This document shows, one piece after another, positions 17,538-25,504 of a DNA stretch of 43,949 bases. Source of the stretch: a virus; IMG/VR virus record IMGVR_UViG_3300045988_155612; one strand, given 5' to 3'. A program made the translations under genes and the position numbers. The notes beneath the pieces are model-generated. The model was not told the origin of the DNA. It worked only from the letters and a program-made list of their open reading frames with translations, and searched no databases. The number at the start of each line of letters is the position of its first letter. Position 1 is the stretch's first letter.

Positions 17538-17744
17538 ATCAGCCGCAAAAAAAATTGCGTTCGTCGTAGGAGCGTCCAAATCAAGGAGCTCCTTACAGAG
17601 CTGCACTTCAGGTACCGTGAAGGCAACTTTGCCCGTAATCTTACGGTAGGCTGTGCTCATACTCCAGCCCTGCGCGTCCGCAAGGTCCTTCGTAGTAACG
17701 CCTTTCAGGGTCATGTGGGCCCTCAACATTCGAGTTTCAACCAT
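17529..17744 (-). CDS. Cro/antirepressor-like HTH protein
   Basis: Start trimmed to MVETRML, preceded by GGAGACAG. HTH segment VTTKDLADAQGWSMSTAYRKITG. Divergent from the repressor gene. Confidence 0.7.
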   Translation of the reverse strand: MVETRMLRAHMTLKGVTTKDLADAQGWSMSTAYRKITGKVAFTVPEVQLCKELLDLDAPTTNAIFFAADLS

Positions 17745-17794
17745 ACGATATACTGTCTCCTTTCCTTGAGATTTTTCCTCGTAGGCACTACCGG

Positions 17795-17859
17795 TTGTCC
17801 CAAAGGACAAATTTATTATACCGTGTCCTTTTGGATTTGTAAATGGCCTTTTGGAAAAT
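17795..17859. promoter_or_regulatory. Operator cluster of the genetic switch
   Basis: Palindrome TTGTCCCAAAGGACAA (17795-17810), plus the related TGTCCTTTTGGATTT and TGGCCTTTTGGAAAA, which overlap the divergent promoters. Confidence 0.55.
17815..17843 (-). promoter_or_regulatory. Sigma-70-type promoter for the Cro-like/lytic operon
   Basis: On the minus strand: TTTACA, 17 nt, TATAAT (plus-strand tgtaaa at 17838-43 and attata at 17815-20). Confidence 0.6.
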
Positions 17860-17883
17860 ATTTGTGAAGTTTAAGCAAAAGTA

Positions 17884-17912
17884 TTCACTTTAAGACAAAT
17901 GCGTGTTATAAT
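17884..17912 (+). promoter_or_regulatory. Promoter for the repressor/HNH/integrase operon
   Basis: TTCACT, 17 nt, TATAAT, with an extended-10 TG (tgtTATAAT). Confidence 0.55.
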
Positions 17913-17945
17913 AAGAGTAATTTTTTTTCAAGGGAGGCGGTCTTA

Positions 17946-18338
17946 ATGACTTTAGGCGATAGAATACATTATCTCAGAACAGAGAAAGGGTACACTCTGC
18001 AGGAGCTCGGCGATAAGGTCGGCGTCGGTGCGAGCACGGTCCGCAAGTGGGAAACGGGCTACATCAAAACACTTCGTACCGATAAAATGCAGAAGCTCTC
18101 GAACGCTCTCGGAACGTCGGTCGACTACCTGATGGGGTGGACCGATAACAGCGTAAACGTCGGAACGGTGGGGACCAATAACGGCGTCATAGGCCAGAAC
18201 TCCGGCGAGATTCACTTAGAGCAGCAGCGCTCCAAAGAGGAAGCGGAGCTTCTGCGTATTTTCTCCGGGCTCGATGTCAAGCGGCGTATGGAGCTGCTTA
18301 TGACAGCTATCCGCTTAGACGAGGAGCAGAATCAATGA
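17946..18338 (+). CDS. XRE-family (CI-like) repressor
   Basis: HTH_3 segment LRTEKGYTLQELGDKVGVGASTVRKWETG. GGGAGG RBS. Transcribed divergently from the lytic genes. Confidence 0.85.
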   Translation: MTLGDRIHYLRTEKGYTLQELGDKVGVGASTVRKWETGYIKTLRTDKMQKLSNALGTSVDYLMGWTDNSVNVGTVGTNNGVIGQNSGEIHLEQQRSKEEAELLRIFSGLDVKRRMELLMTAIRLDEEQNQ

Positions 18339-19141
18339 ACGCGTGGAGCAGAGAGGATATAATTATCGCCTATGCTCTTTACTGCGTTACTCCTCTCGGG
18401 AAAATCAATCCCAGCAATAAAGTCATTCAGCAGGTCGCCGAGATTATTCCTCACTCAGTCGCTTCTATCGTAATGCGCATGAGGAACTTTCGGTATATAG
18501 ACCCGAAAGTTTCCTCAGGGCTTAAGAACGTAGCGAAGGCGGACCGAATGATTTACGAGGAGTTCAAGCACGACTGGGGCTCTCTGAGTCTTGAGGCGGA
18601 GACCTTGACGGGTCTCGCTATCTTTGACTCCTCACCTTTGCAAGGAGCAAAGCCGCTTTCGTCTCTGACGAATCACGGAAGAGTATCACGGGAACGACAC
18701 TTCTTCAAGCAGGCGGTGCTTGCGGCTTACGATGACCGGTGCTTTATATCCGGCTGCGCGCTGCCGCAAATGCTCGTTGCAAGTCATATAAAACCGTACT
18801 CGCAATGCCGAAGCGAGGCGGACCGGGTCAGCCCCGACAACGGGATTTGCCTCAATACTTTTTATGATAAAGCCTTCGACCGAGGCCTTATAACTATCAC
18901 TCCTTCCATGAAAATCTATGTTTCTCCGATAATTTTGGATAGCCCTCAGGACGCTTTTACAGCCCGCTGGCTGGCTTCTCTTGACGGAATGATTTTACCC
19001 CCCCCCGATTTCCGCCGCGTAGAGAGCTTCTGGAGTACCATAACGACGAAATTTTTAGGAGGGTCACATGAATACAGTAATTTATGCTCGGTATTCTGCC
19101 GGCCCGAGACAGACCGACCAGAGTATCGAAGGGCAGCTTAG
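18335..19141 (+). CDS. HNH endonuclease (HNH_2-type, restriction-endonuclease-like) with an uncharacterised N-terminal domain
   Basis: C-terminal segment ...CFISGCALPQMLVASHIKPYSQC...DNGICLNTFYDKAFDRGLITI. ATGA overlap with the repressor stop codon. Confidence 0.7.
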   Translation: MNAWSREDIIIAYALYCVTPLGKINPSNKVIQQVAEIIPHSVASIVMRMRNFRYIDPKVSSGLKNVAKADRMIYEEFKHDWGSLSLEAETLTGLAIFDSSPLQGAKPLSSLTNHGRVSRERHFFKQAVLAAYDDRCFISGCALPQMLVASHIKPYSQCRSEADRVSPDNGICLNTFYDKAFDRGLITITPSMKIYVSPIILDSPQDAFTARWLASLDGMILPPPDFRRVESFWSTITTKFLGGSHEYSNLCSVFCRPETDRPEYRRAA

Positions 19142-20648
19142 AGTCTGCACCGACTTTTGTAAGCAGCGAGGGCTTACCGTTATCGACACATACTGCGACC
19201 GTCATATCTCAGGCCGCACAGACGAGCGACCGGAGTTCCAAAGGCTCATCGCTGACGCCAAGCGCAAGAAGTTCGAGGCGGTGGTCGTCTATAAGACAGA
19301 CCGCTTTGCCCGGAACAAATACGACAGCGCCGTTTATAAGCGGGAGCTCAAGAGGAACGGAATCCAAATCTTTTATGCGGCCGAGGCGATACCGGACGGG
19401 CCCGAGGGAATTATCCTTGAGAGCCTTATGGAAGGCCTCGCGGAATACTACTCGGCAGAGCTCGCTCAGAAAATCAAGCGGGGAATGCACGAGAGCGCTT
19501 TGAAGTGCCAGAGCACCGGAAGCGGGAGACCGCTCGGCTATCGGGTCGACGAGCAGAAGCGTTTCCAGATAGACCCAGAATCAGCCCAGACCGTTCAAAC
19601 GATTTTTAAACAGTATATTAAGGGCGAATCAAATGCGGCCATCTGTGAGCTCCTGAACAGCCGTGGACTGCGTACCGCGCAGGGTAAGCCCTTCAACAAG
19701 AACAGTATCAACCGAATTATTAAAAACCGAAAGTATATCGGCGAATACCGGTATCACGATATAGTCGTCGAAGGCGGCATGCCTGCGATTATCCCGAAGG
19801 GCACCTTTAACCTCGCTCAAGCCGAAATGGAACGCCGGCGCACTCGCAAGGCTCCAAAGTCGCCAAAGGCCGAATACCTCTTAGCCGGTAGGCTCTTCTG
19901 CGGCCATTGCAAAGGACCAATGCAGGGAGTCAGCGGTACGGGCAAGAGCGGGAACAAGTGGTACTACTATTATTGCGGGAACACTCGCGGCAAGAATAAG
20001 ACTTGCGATAAGAAGCAGGTCTCGCGCGACCGCCTCGAGCGCGCCGTGGTTGACTTTACTGTCCGCTATATCCTTCAAGAGGAAGTTCTCGAGGAACTCG
20101 CGAGAAAGGTACACGCGGCGCAAGAGCGCCAAAATGATACCGCCTCGGAGATTGCCTTTTACGAGAAGAAGCTGGCAGACAACAAGAAGTCCATTGCGAA
20201 CGTGCTGCGGGCTATCGAGTCAGGCGCGGCGACGCAGACCTTGCCTGCGCGCCTGCAGGAGCTCGAGAACGAGCAAGCGGTCATTCTGGGCGAGATTAGC
20301 TTCCTCAAGGGCAAGCGCCTCGCGTTTACAGAGGACCAGATTCTCTTTGCCCTGATGAAACATCTTGAGCCATATCCGGGTGAGTCCGAGCAGGACTACC
20401 GTCGGAGAATCATCTCTGACTTTGTTTCAGAGGTCTACTTATATGACGACCGGCTTCTTATCTACTTTAATATCAGTAGCGAAGACGGAAAACTCAAGTC
20501 CGCAGACCTCTCAAACATTGAGGGCGGCGAGTTCGACGAGGGACTCGTCAGCTCCACCAATTTAATCGCAGGTCGAACCCCTGAGGTGACGATAGTCGTC
20601 TTGCCTTACGGTTTCGTACTTGCGACCCAGATTAAGGATAGGCTTTGA
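19068..20648 (+). CDS. Large serine recombinase (integrase)
   Basis: Resolvase catalytic N-terminus VIYARYSAGPRQTDQSIEGQ. Recombinase domain. Zinc ribbon CGHCKGPMQG...YYYCGN. Coiled-coil C-terminus. Confidence 0.9.
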   Translation: MNTVIYARYSAGPRQTDQSIEGQLRVCTDFCKQRGLTVIDTYCDRHISGRTDERPEFQRLIADAKRKKFEAVVVYKTDRFARNKYDSAVYKRELKRNGIQIFYAAEAIPDGPEGIILESLMEGLAEYYSAELAQKIKRGMHESALKCQSTGSGRPLGYRVDEQKRFQIDPESAQTVQTIFKQYIKGESNAAICELLNSRGLRTAQGKPFNKNSINRIIKNRKYIGEYRYHDIVVEGGMPAIIPKGTFNLAQAEMERRRTRKAPKSPKAEYLLAGRLFCGHCKGPMQGVSGTGKSGNKWYYYYCGNTRGKNKTCDKKQVSRDRLERAVVDFTVRYILQEEVLEELARKVHAAQERQNDTASEIAFYEKKLADNKKSIANVLRAIESGAATQTLPARLQELENEQAVILGEISFLKGKRLAFTEDQILFALMKHLEPYPGESEQDYRRRIISDFVSEVYLYDDRLLIYFNISSEDGKLKSADLSNIEGGEFDEGLVSSTNLIAGRTPEVTIVVLPYGFVLATQIKDRL

Positions 20649-20666
20649 GCCTGTCCTTTTTCTTTT
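20640..20666 (+). terminator. Weak terminator-like element at the end of the integrase gene
   Basis: AGGCT-TTG-AGCCT followed by GTCCTTTTTCTTTT. The stem is short. Confidence 0.3.
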
Positions 20667-20857
20667 GGTAGTCGGTAGTCCGTTTTAACGAATTTTCCTT
20701 ATATATACATGTAATGCAAGGGAGCGACGAGATTGCGCTTTGAGTCCCTTTACTTTTTGGAAAAATCTTTTTAGTTTTTACGAACTACCAGCACTACCAA
20801 ATAGCCAAAAGCCTTGTAAATCAAAGACTTTCTTCGGTAGCAGGCTCAGTAGCAGAG
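20667..20857. repeat. Repeat family 2, copy B (downstream of the serine recombinase; its right end enters the 3' end of CDS 20821..21408)
   Basis: ggtagtcggtagtc...ttccttatatatacatgtaatgcaagggagcg...gaactaccagcactaccaaatagccaaaagc...cggtagcaggctcagtagc. Confidence 0.8.
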
Positions 20858-21408
20858 GGCTCGGGCTCGACTACCTCGACTGCTACGGAGACCCGCAGGA
20901 GTTGTCCTTCGGGGACGAAGGCCTTGATTTGCTTTACAAAGCTCGCTGCGTTGAAGGCTCCGGAGAAGCAGAACGAGAAGTTCTCCAAAGTTATTTTTTT
21001 TGTCGGCGCATTCGTGCTGATACCGTAGTCCTCTCGGAATCTCTCGAGGTCGTCCTTCGTAGGCTGAAAACCTCGCTTGAAGGAAAAGCCTCTCTTGCTC
21101 AGGTAAACGCCGACCGCACCGGCGTTCGCGCCCATAAGCTCGGCAAGAGCCGAAGGGCCGACGCGGTACTTGTCAATGATGTTTTGTACGTAGCTCTTCT
21201 GCAAGCCCTCAGGAAGGGCCTTGAACTCTGCGTAGGTGATACGCTTTTTCAGGTTGAGCGTGTAGGTAGGACCGCTCATCTCTCTCATCTCCTTTGCCGT
21301 ATATTGCGGTAGGCGGCAACCGCTATGCCGAGGGCGCTTCTTAGCGCTCCGGGCTGTTATCGCCTTTTCTCGTACATCTTCTTTGAAGAGGTACTCTTCG
21401 TCTCTCAT
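20821..21408 (-). CDS. Hypothetical protein
   Basis: Start trimmed to MRDEEYLF, preceded by GGGGAGG. 195 aa with no motif I recognise. Confidence 0.6.
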   Translation of the reverse strand: MRDEEYLFKEDVREKAITARSAKKRPRHSGCRLPQYTAKEMREMSGPTYTLNLKKRITYAEFKALPEGLQKSYVQNIIDKYRVGPSALAELMGANAGAVGVYLSKRGFSFKRGFQPTKDDLERFREDYGISTNAPTKKITLENFSFCFSGAFNAASFVKQIKAFVPEGQLLRVSVAVEVVEPEPSATEPATEESL

Positions 21409-21435
21409 ATAAACCTCCCCGGGCAAGCCCCAGAC

Positions 21436-21517
21436 CTCCCGTATCGCGTTTTAGCTCAGGGGCCTTTAGATTTACCCTCTGAAAACTTTGGACGCGATAC
21501 GGGCCATTCTGGAGTCC
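21436..21517 (-). repeat. Repeat family 3, copy 2 (with an 11-bp closing stem)
   Basis: ctcccgtatcgcgttttagctcaggggcctttagatttaccctctgaaaac...cgcgatacggg...ggagtcc. cccgtatcgcg (21438-21448) pairs with cgcgatacggg (21493-21503). Confidence 0.75.
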
Positions 21518-21519
21518 TT

Positions 21520-22353
21520 TTAATCAGCCCTCTCCATAGCGACCTCGCAGATACCGCAAATGAGGCTGAAGTCGGCGGTCGTCTTAACTTCCTGCCCGCA
21601 GACCGGGCAAACGTAGCGGTGAGGCTTTTCGCGTTCGGCCTTTGCTTTCTCCTCAGGCATAACGCGGGCGAACGGAACTTCAAGTACAAAGCCGTTGTCT
21701 TCGAGGGTCTTCTTGAAGGCCTCGGTCGGATTTGTGTGGGAGAAGCCCACCGTGCGGTCATAACCGATTTCAAGGTCTCTCGCCTCAGCCTCAGCCTTGA
21801 AGGTCTTGTTGTGGTAGCGGCCCTTCTGGCAAGTGTCCTGAATCTCATTTACGAGGCAGTAAAGATGGACCATCTCATGGCACAGCGTCGCGGCCGTATT
21901 AGCGGATGGGCGATTGAGGAACTCGGCGCCGATGTTGATTTCGTACTGGCCGTCACTCTCGCTCTTCCAAATCTTCTTAGTGGAGCAGTGACCGTAAGCC
22001 TTAGGGGTAGACTGAACGGTGATGACCGGTTTCGGCAGCGCGTTGTCGAAGTAGACGCGATTCAGAATGTCGAACAGGCTCTCGAGCTTAGTCACGACGT
22101 CCGACATTTTCATGGGCTCGTCGTGGTTGACTTCTGGCTCAGCGGTCTCGCTGACCTCAGCCTCAGGCTCTTCGTAGAGCTTCCAGCGACGGTCATAGCT
22201 TGCAGCAGCCATGATACTCGGCTCAGCGTTAGGCTCGTCCACGGGGACGGAGTGAATCTTGCGATTCTCCTCGTCAATGCTCACGACCAGACGGACCTCG
22301 TTGGTCTCCTTGTTGATAATCTTCTTGTTAGCGATAATGCTCATGTCTTTCAT
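21520..22353 (-). CDS. SprT-like zinc metallopeptidase with C-terminal zinc ribbon
   Basis: HExxH in TLCHEMVHLYC. C-terminal CPVCGQEV...CGICE. AAAGGAGG RBS. Confidence 0.75.
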   Translation of the reverse strand: MKDMSIIANKKIINKETNEVRLVVSIDEENRKIHSVPVDEPNAEPSIMAAASYDRRWKLYEEPEAEVSETAEPEVNHDEPMKMSDVVTKLESLFDILNRVYFDNALPKPVITVQSTPKAYGHCSTKKIWKSESDGQYEINIGAEFLNRPSANTAATLCHEMVHLYCLVNEIQDTCQKGRYHNKTFKAEAEARDLEIGYDRTVGFSHTNPTEAFKKTLEDNGFVLEVPFARVMPEEKAKAEREKPHRYVCPVCGQEVKTTADFSLICGICEVAMERAD

Positions 22354-22390
22354 TATGTTTGCCTCCTTTGTAATTCCCAGTGTTTTCCAA

Positions 22391-22479
22391 CTGACAATTA
22401 TATTTTACCGTGTTCAGTAGAAAAAGGGAGCGCGCAAAACTGCCGGGATTCTGCGAACTTTTCGTTGCAGTTCTACCGC
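22391..22479 (-). repeat. Intergenic repeat family 1, copy 1 (upstream of the SprT-like gene)
   Basis: Core gggagcgcgcaaaactgccgggattctgcgaacttttcgttgcagttctaccgc, plus an AT-rich flank ending in ttgacaatt. Confidence 0.85.
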
Positions 22480-23270
22480 TTTTGGTAAGAAGCTGCCTCC
22501 ACGGTGTTCTTGAGCAGCATGGCGACGGTCATCGGGCCCACGCCGCCGGGTACCGGAGTAATCGCTGACGCCTTTGCCGCGACCTCCTCAAAAGCAACGT
22601 CTCCACAGAGCTTACCGTTCTCGTCCCGGTTAATTCCGACATCGATAACGACCGCCCCCGGCTTAACCATGTCTGCGGTAATAAAGCGGGGCTTACCGAC
22701 TGCCGAGATAAGTATATCGGCCTGACGAGTATAGCTCGCGAGGTCCTTCGTCTTAGAGTGGCATACGGTAACGGTGGCGTTCGCATGCAGAAGCATAAGG
22801 GCAAGTGGCTTGCCTACGATATTGCTGCGCCCGATAATGACGCAGTGCTTCCCGCTTACGTCTCCCAGCAAATGGAGGATTCCGGCCGGAGTGCAGGGCC
22901 TGAGACCAGCCTCTCCGGTCAAGAGCTTTCCAATATTATAGGGGTGGAAGCAATCCACGTCTTTCTCCGGCGGTATTGCGCCGAGTACCTTCTTCTCGTC
23001 AATGTGTTCCGGGAGAGGAAGCTGAACGAGAATACCGTCCGCCCACGCGCTGAGCCCTGCGATAGACGCGATGACCTCTTTGGTCGACGCCGTAGCCGGC
23101 AACCTGCGAGAGCAAGACCGAATACCGACCTCGGCGCAAGCGCGTTCCTTGTTGCGGACATAAACCGAGGAAGCGGGGTTGTCGCCGACCATAATAACGG
23201 CGAGCTTTGCGTCAGAGCCTTGCAAAGAAGCCTTCACCTGAGCGGCGATAGCTTTTCCGTCAATAATCAT
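22473..23270 (-). CDS. folD: Bifunctional 5,10-methylene-THF dehydrogenase/cyclohydrolase FolD
   Basis: MIIDGKAIA..., [49 protein letters not shown]. Confidence 0.88.
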   Translation of the reverse strand: MIIDGKAIAAQVKASLQGSDAKLAVIMVGDNPASSVYVRNKERACAEVGIRSCSRRLPATASTKEVIASIAGLSAWADGILVQLPLPEHIDEKKVLGAIPPEKDVDCFHPYNIGKLLTGEAGLRPCTPAGILHLLGDVSGKHCVIIGRSNIVGKPLALMLLHANATVTVCHSKTKDLASYTRQADILISAVGKPRFITADMVKPGAVVIDVGINRDENGKLCGDVAFEEVAAKASAITPVPGGVGPMTVAMLLKNTVEAASYQKR

Positions 23271-23449
23271 TCGCTTTCCTCCTCAAAAACATCAAGAGGA
23301 ATGGCGATTTCATCCTCTTCGGTATCATCTACCGCAGCATAGCCAATGCCGTCACATGCGGTAACTAACTGAGCGCAGTCTAAATCTTCACCGACAGCCT
23401 CGATAAAGCTGTCTCGGTCGATTTCAGTAACCTTAAAATATCGAGCCAT
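23267..23449 (-). CDS. Small, highly acidic protein (60 aa)
   Basis: Hand count gives 19 Asp/Glu against 3 Arg/Lys. Start and stop overlap the neighbouring genes. Confidence 0.6.
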   Translation of the reverse strand: MARYFKVTEIDRDSFIEAVGEDLDCAQLVTACDGIGYAAVDDTEEDEIAIPLDVFEEESE

Positions 23450-23655
23450 TATTCTTCCTCCTTATCCGGTTTTGTCAGGTCCTCAGGCTGGCAGTCGAGA
23501 GCCTGCGCGAGCTTGAGCGCCGTTTTGAGCGTGATATTCTCAGGCTTGATGATACCGACCTCAATATCACGGATTTTCTGGTAGCGGATTCCGCTGACTT
23601 TTGCCAGCTCGGTGCGGCTGTAGCCTTTCGCAAGCCGCAAATCTTTAAGTCCCAA
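23449..23655 (-). CDS. XRE-family HTH protein
   Basis: LRLAKGYSRTELAKVSGIRYQKIRDIEVG. Confidence 0.75.
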   Translation of the reverse strand: MGLKDLRLAKGYSRTELAKVSGIRYQKIRDIEVGIIKPENITLKTALKLAQALDCQPEDLTKPDKEEE

Positions 23656-23673
23656 AGTGTCATTCTCCTTTCA

Positions 23674-23696
23674 CCGCGGGGCACAAGGCCCCGCGG
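23674..23696 (-). promoter_or_regulatory. GC hairpin downstream of VR2 (DGR target-recognition hairpin/cruciform candidate)
   Basis: ccgcggggc-acaag-gccccgcgg: a 9-bp perfect stem with the same 5-nt loop as the VR1 hairpin, about 17 nt past the stop codon. Confidence 0.75.
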
Positions 23697-23712
23697 ATTC
23701 ATAGATTGATGA

Positions 23713-24282
23713 TTAGATATAGAAGCCGAAGCAGACGCCGTTGGTGTAGTTGGCGCTGTTAATGCTCGCGCCGCCGTAGCTGTCCACAAAGCAGAAGTAG
23801 CTGGAGTAGCTCCCACGAGGAGAACGCTCCCACCACCAGTACGCATCTCCGTCTTCGTCGACCTTGATACGGTTGCGACGGTCCTTGAAGTACTCGAACT
23901 GGAAGCCGCGGTCAGGGTCATTCTCGGTCCAGTCATGTTCACCGAAGACCTCCATCTCGGAGAAGAGCCAGAGCTTGTCCTCCTCTTTGCCGAACTTGCG
24001 GGGCTTGATAGCTGCGATAAGCGCATCAGGGAGCAGCGCGATAACTTCCTCGTTGAGGTAGCGACGCATATCGCAGGCAAGCCAGCCGCCTTCGTTGGTC
24101 CACTCCTTATTCATGCGGTGGTAGCCGAGCAGATTCTTCAGCCCGATAACGCCGTCGTCCATGACGACGAACACAACCTCGCGGCCGTCCTTGAGAGTCT
24201 CGACGATTTCATCGCCGACCTTGAGCGTACCCGGATTCGCCCAGTTAAAGGCCCGGGTCTCTTTCGTTGTAATAGTTGCCAT
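23713..24282 (-). CDS. Second DGR target: stand-alone lectin-fold-like protein whose C-terminus carries VR2
   Basis: Start trimmed to MATITTKE, preceded by AGGAGG. It is paralogous to the C-terminal domain of the tail fibre (KLWLFSEMEVFG vs KLFLFSEIEIFG; WWWERSP...GVCFGF). Its last ~42 codons align with the TR. Confidence 0.85.
   Translation of the reverse strand: MATITTKETRAFNWANPGTLKVGDEIVETLKDGREVVFVVMDDGVIGLKNLLGYHRMNKEWTNEGGWLACDMRRYLNEEVIALLPDALIAAIKPRKFGKEEDKLWLFSEMEVFGEHDWTENDPDRGFQFEYFKDRRNRIKVDEDGDAYWWWERSPRGSYSSYFCFVDSYGGASINSANYTNGVCFGFYI
23722..23846 (-). repeat. DGR variable repeat VR2 (3' end of 23713..24282)
   Basis: About 123-nt alignment to the TR with 17 mismatches, all at TR adenines on the coding strand. 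Confidence 0.9.
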
Positions 24283-24311
24283 AATAAAAACCTCCTGAAA
24301 AATGTATTTGC

Positions 24312-25040
24312 TTATAAGAGCGTTCTGCCCTTGAGAAGCCTTCTGATAGTCCACACGTCGGAGCAGTACATCGGCGTAAGCCAGTAGTTCTCCAATGAGT
24401 CGTCCGAGCGCATGGGCTCGGTAAGTGAGTTGCCTACTTTGATATAACCGGCGACGCCGAGAAGCGAGAGCTGGATATAACACATGTATGCTACGGTGTA
24501 ATCAACATCCTGCGCGGTCACGAGAATGTGGTTTTGCCAGTTCAGACCGGCCTTGCTTATCTGCTTAGCCGCAGCGTGAACGCCGGCAATCAAAGTAGCG
24601 CCGGCACCGCAAGCGCAATCGTTAATTGAGATATAGCCTTTCGCCTCGATAGTCGGTAGCACGTTGTCACAAGTCATTTCCGCCATCATTCGGCAAACAT
24701 CGTAAGGCGTAAAGAACTGCCCGCCGGAGTCATTGCCGAGATTAAGCGCCATAAAGATACTTCCGAGGAAGTCTTGCTCTGGATTCTTCTCGAGAGCAAG
24801 GACCACTTCCGCAGCGAGCTGAGGAAAAATCTCTTGCTCCTTCTTGTTGTACTTCTGAATCCGCTTGAGGTAGAGTTCCTCGCGCTTTTCAAAGTGGGAC
24901 TTGTCGACCGCGTTCGAAATAGCGCAAGCGTACATCGTAACGAAGTCCTGCCAGACCTCCCGTGGAGTCCAGCGGTATGTAAGCTCTCGGAAGAGCTTTA
25001 CAAAAGGTTGGTCATTGGTCTTTCCGACTCTTTTTGCCAT
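24312..25040 (-). CDS. N6-adenine-MTase-like protein, truncated, with no canonical catalytic motif IV
   Basis: Motif X-like GGQFFTPYDV and motif I-like INDCACGAGATLIAG are present. No (D/N/S)PP(Y/F/W) is seen, and the ORF ends about 95 aa after motif I. Confidence 0.6.
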   Translation of the reverse strand: MAKRVGKTNDQPFVKLFRELTYRWTPREVWQDFVTMYACAISNAVDKSHFEKREELYLKRIQKYNKKEQEIFPQLAAEVVLALEKNPEQDFLGSIFMALNLGNDSGGQFFTPYDVCRMMAEMTCDNVLPTIEAKGYISINDCACGAGATLIAGVHAAAKQISKAGLNWQNHILVTAQDVDYTVAYMCYIQLSLLGVAGYIKVGNSLTEPMRSDDSLENYWLTPMYCSDVWTIRRLLKGRTLL

Positions 25041-25085
25041 TGAGTTGCCTCCTTTAATAAAGTAGTGTGCTAAAGTAATCAGCCC

Positions 25086-25107
25086 GAAAGAAACGCCCTT
25101 GCGGGCG
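25086..25107 (-). terminator. Terminator-like hairpin after the 63-aa ORF
   Basis: On the minus strand: CGCCC-GCAA-GGGCG followed by TTTCTTTC. Confidence 0.5.
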
Positions 25108-25115
25108 AATCTTTC

Positions 25116-25307
25116 TCAGACGATATTGACCTCGTAAATGAGGTAGTCGGTGAAGTCTGCCGTGCGGTAAAGGTACGGCGAGATTTGCTGCGGACGGTCG
25201 GAACGGCTCTCGACAAAGGCTTGCGCCTTTTCTAAAGTCGAGTAGCCCTCCTGACTGACTTTCCCGAGGCTTGCTTCGGGAATCACTTGAACGATGTAAA
25301 CTTTCAT
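25116..25307 (-). CDS. Hypothetical protein (63 aa)
   Basis: AAGGAGG RBS. Followed by a hairpin with a T-rich tail. Confidence 0.6.
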   Translation of the reverse strand: MKVYIVQVIPEASLGKVSQEGYSTLEKAQAFVESRSDRPQQISPYLYRTADFTDYLIYEVNIV

Positions 25308-25411
25308 GTTATTGCCTCCTTGTTTTTAATGTCAAGAGGTTACCTTTCGCAGCGCGCTTACCGCTTGAAGCTCGTAAGCTGGGCGGCGCTGTCCGCATTC
25401 TGTTTTATCCT

Positions 25412-25502
25412 CTTGACATTATTTATTATGCCGCGTTTTACTGATTTCGGGAGCGCGCAAAACTGCCGGGATTTTGCGAACTTTCCGTTGTGGTTTTACC
25501 GC
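25412..25502 (-). repeat. Intergenic repeat family 1, copy 2 (upstream of the 63-aa ORF)
   Basis: Core gggagcgcgcaaaactgccgggattttgcgaactttccgttgtggttttaccgc. Confidence 0.85.
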
Positions 25503-25504
25503 TT

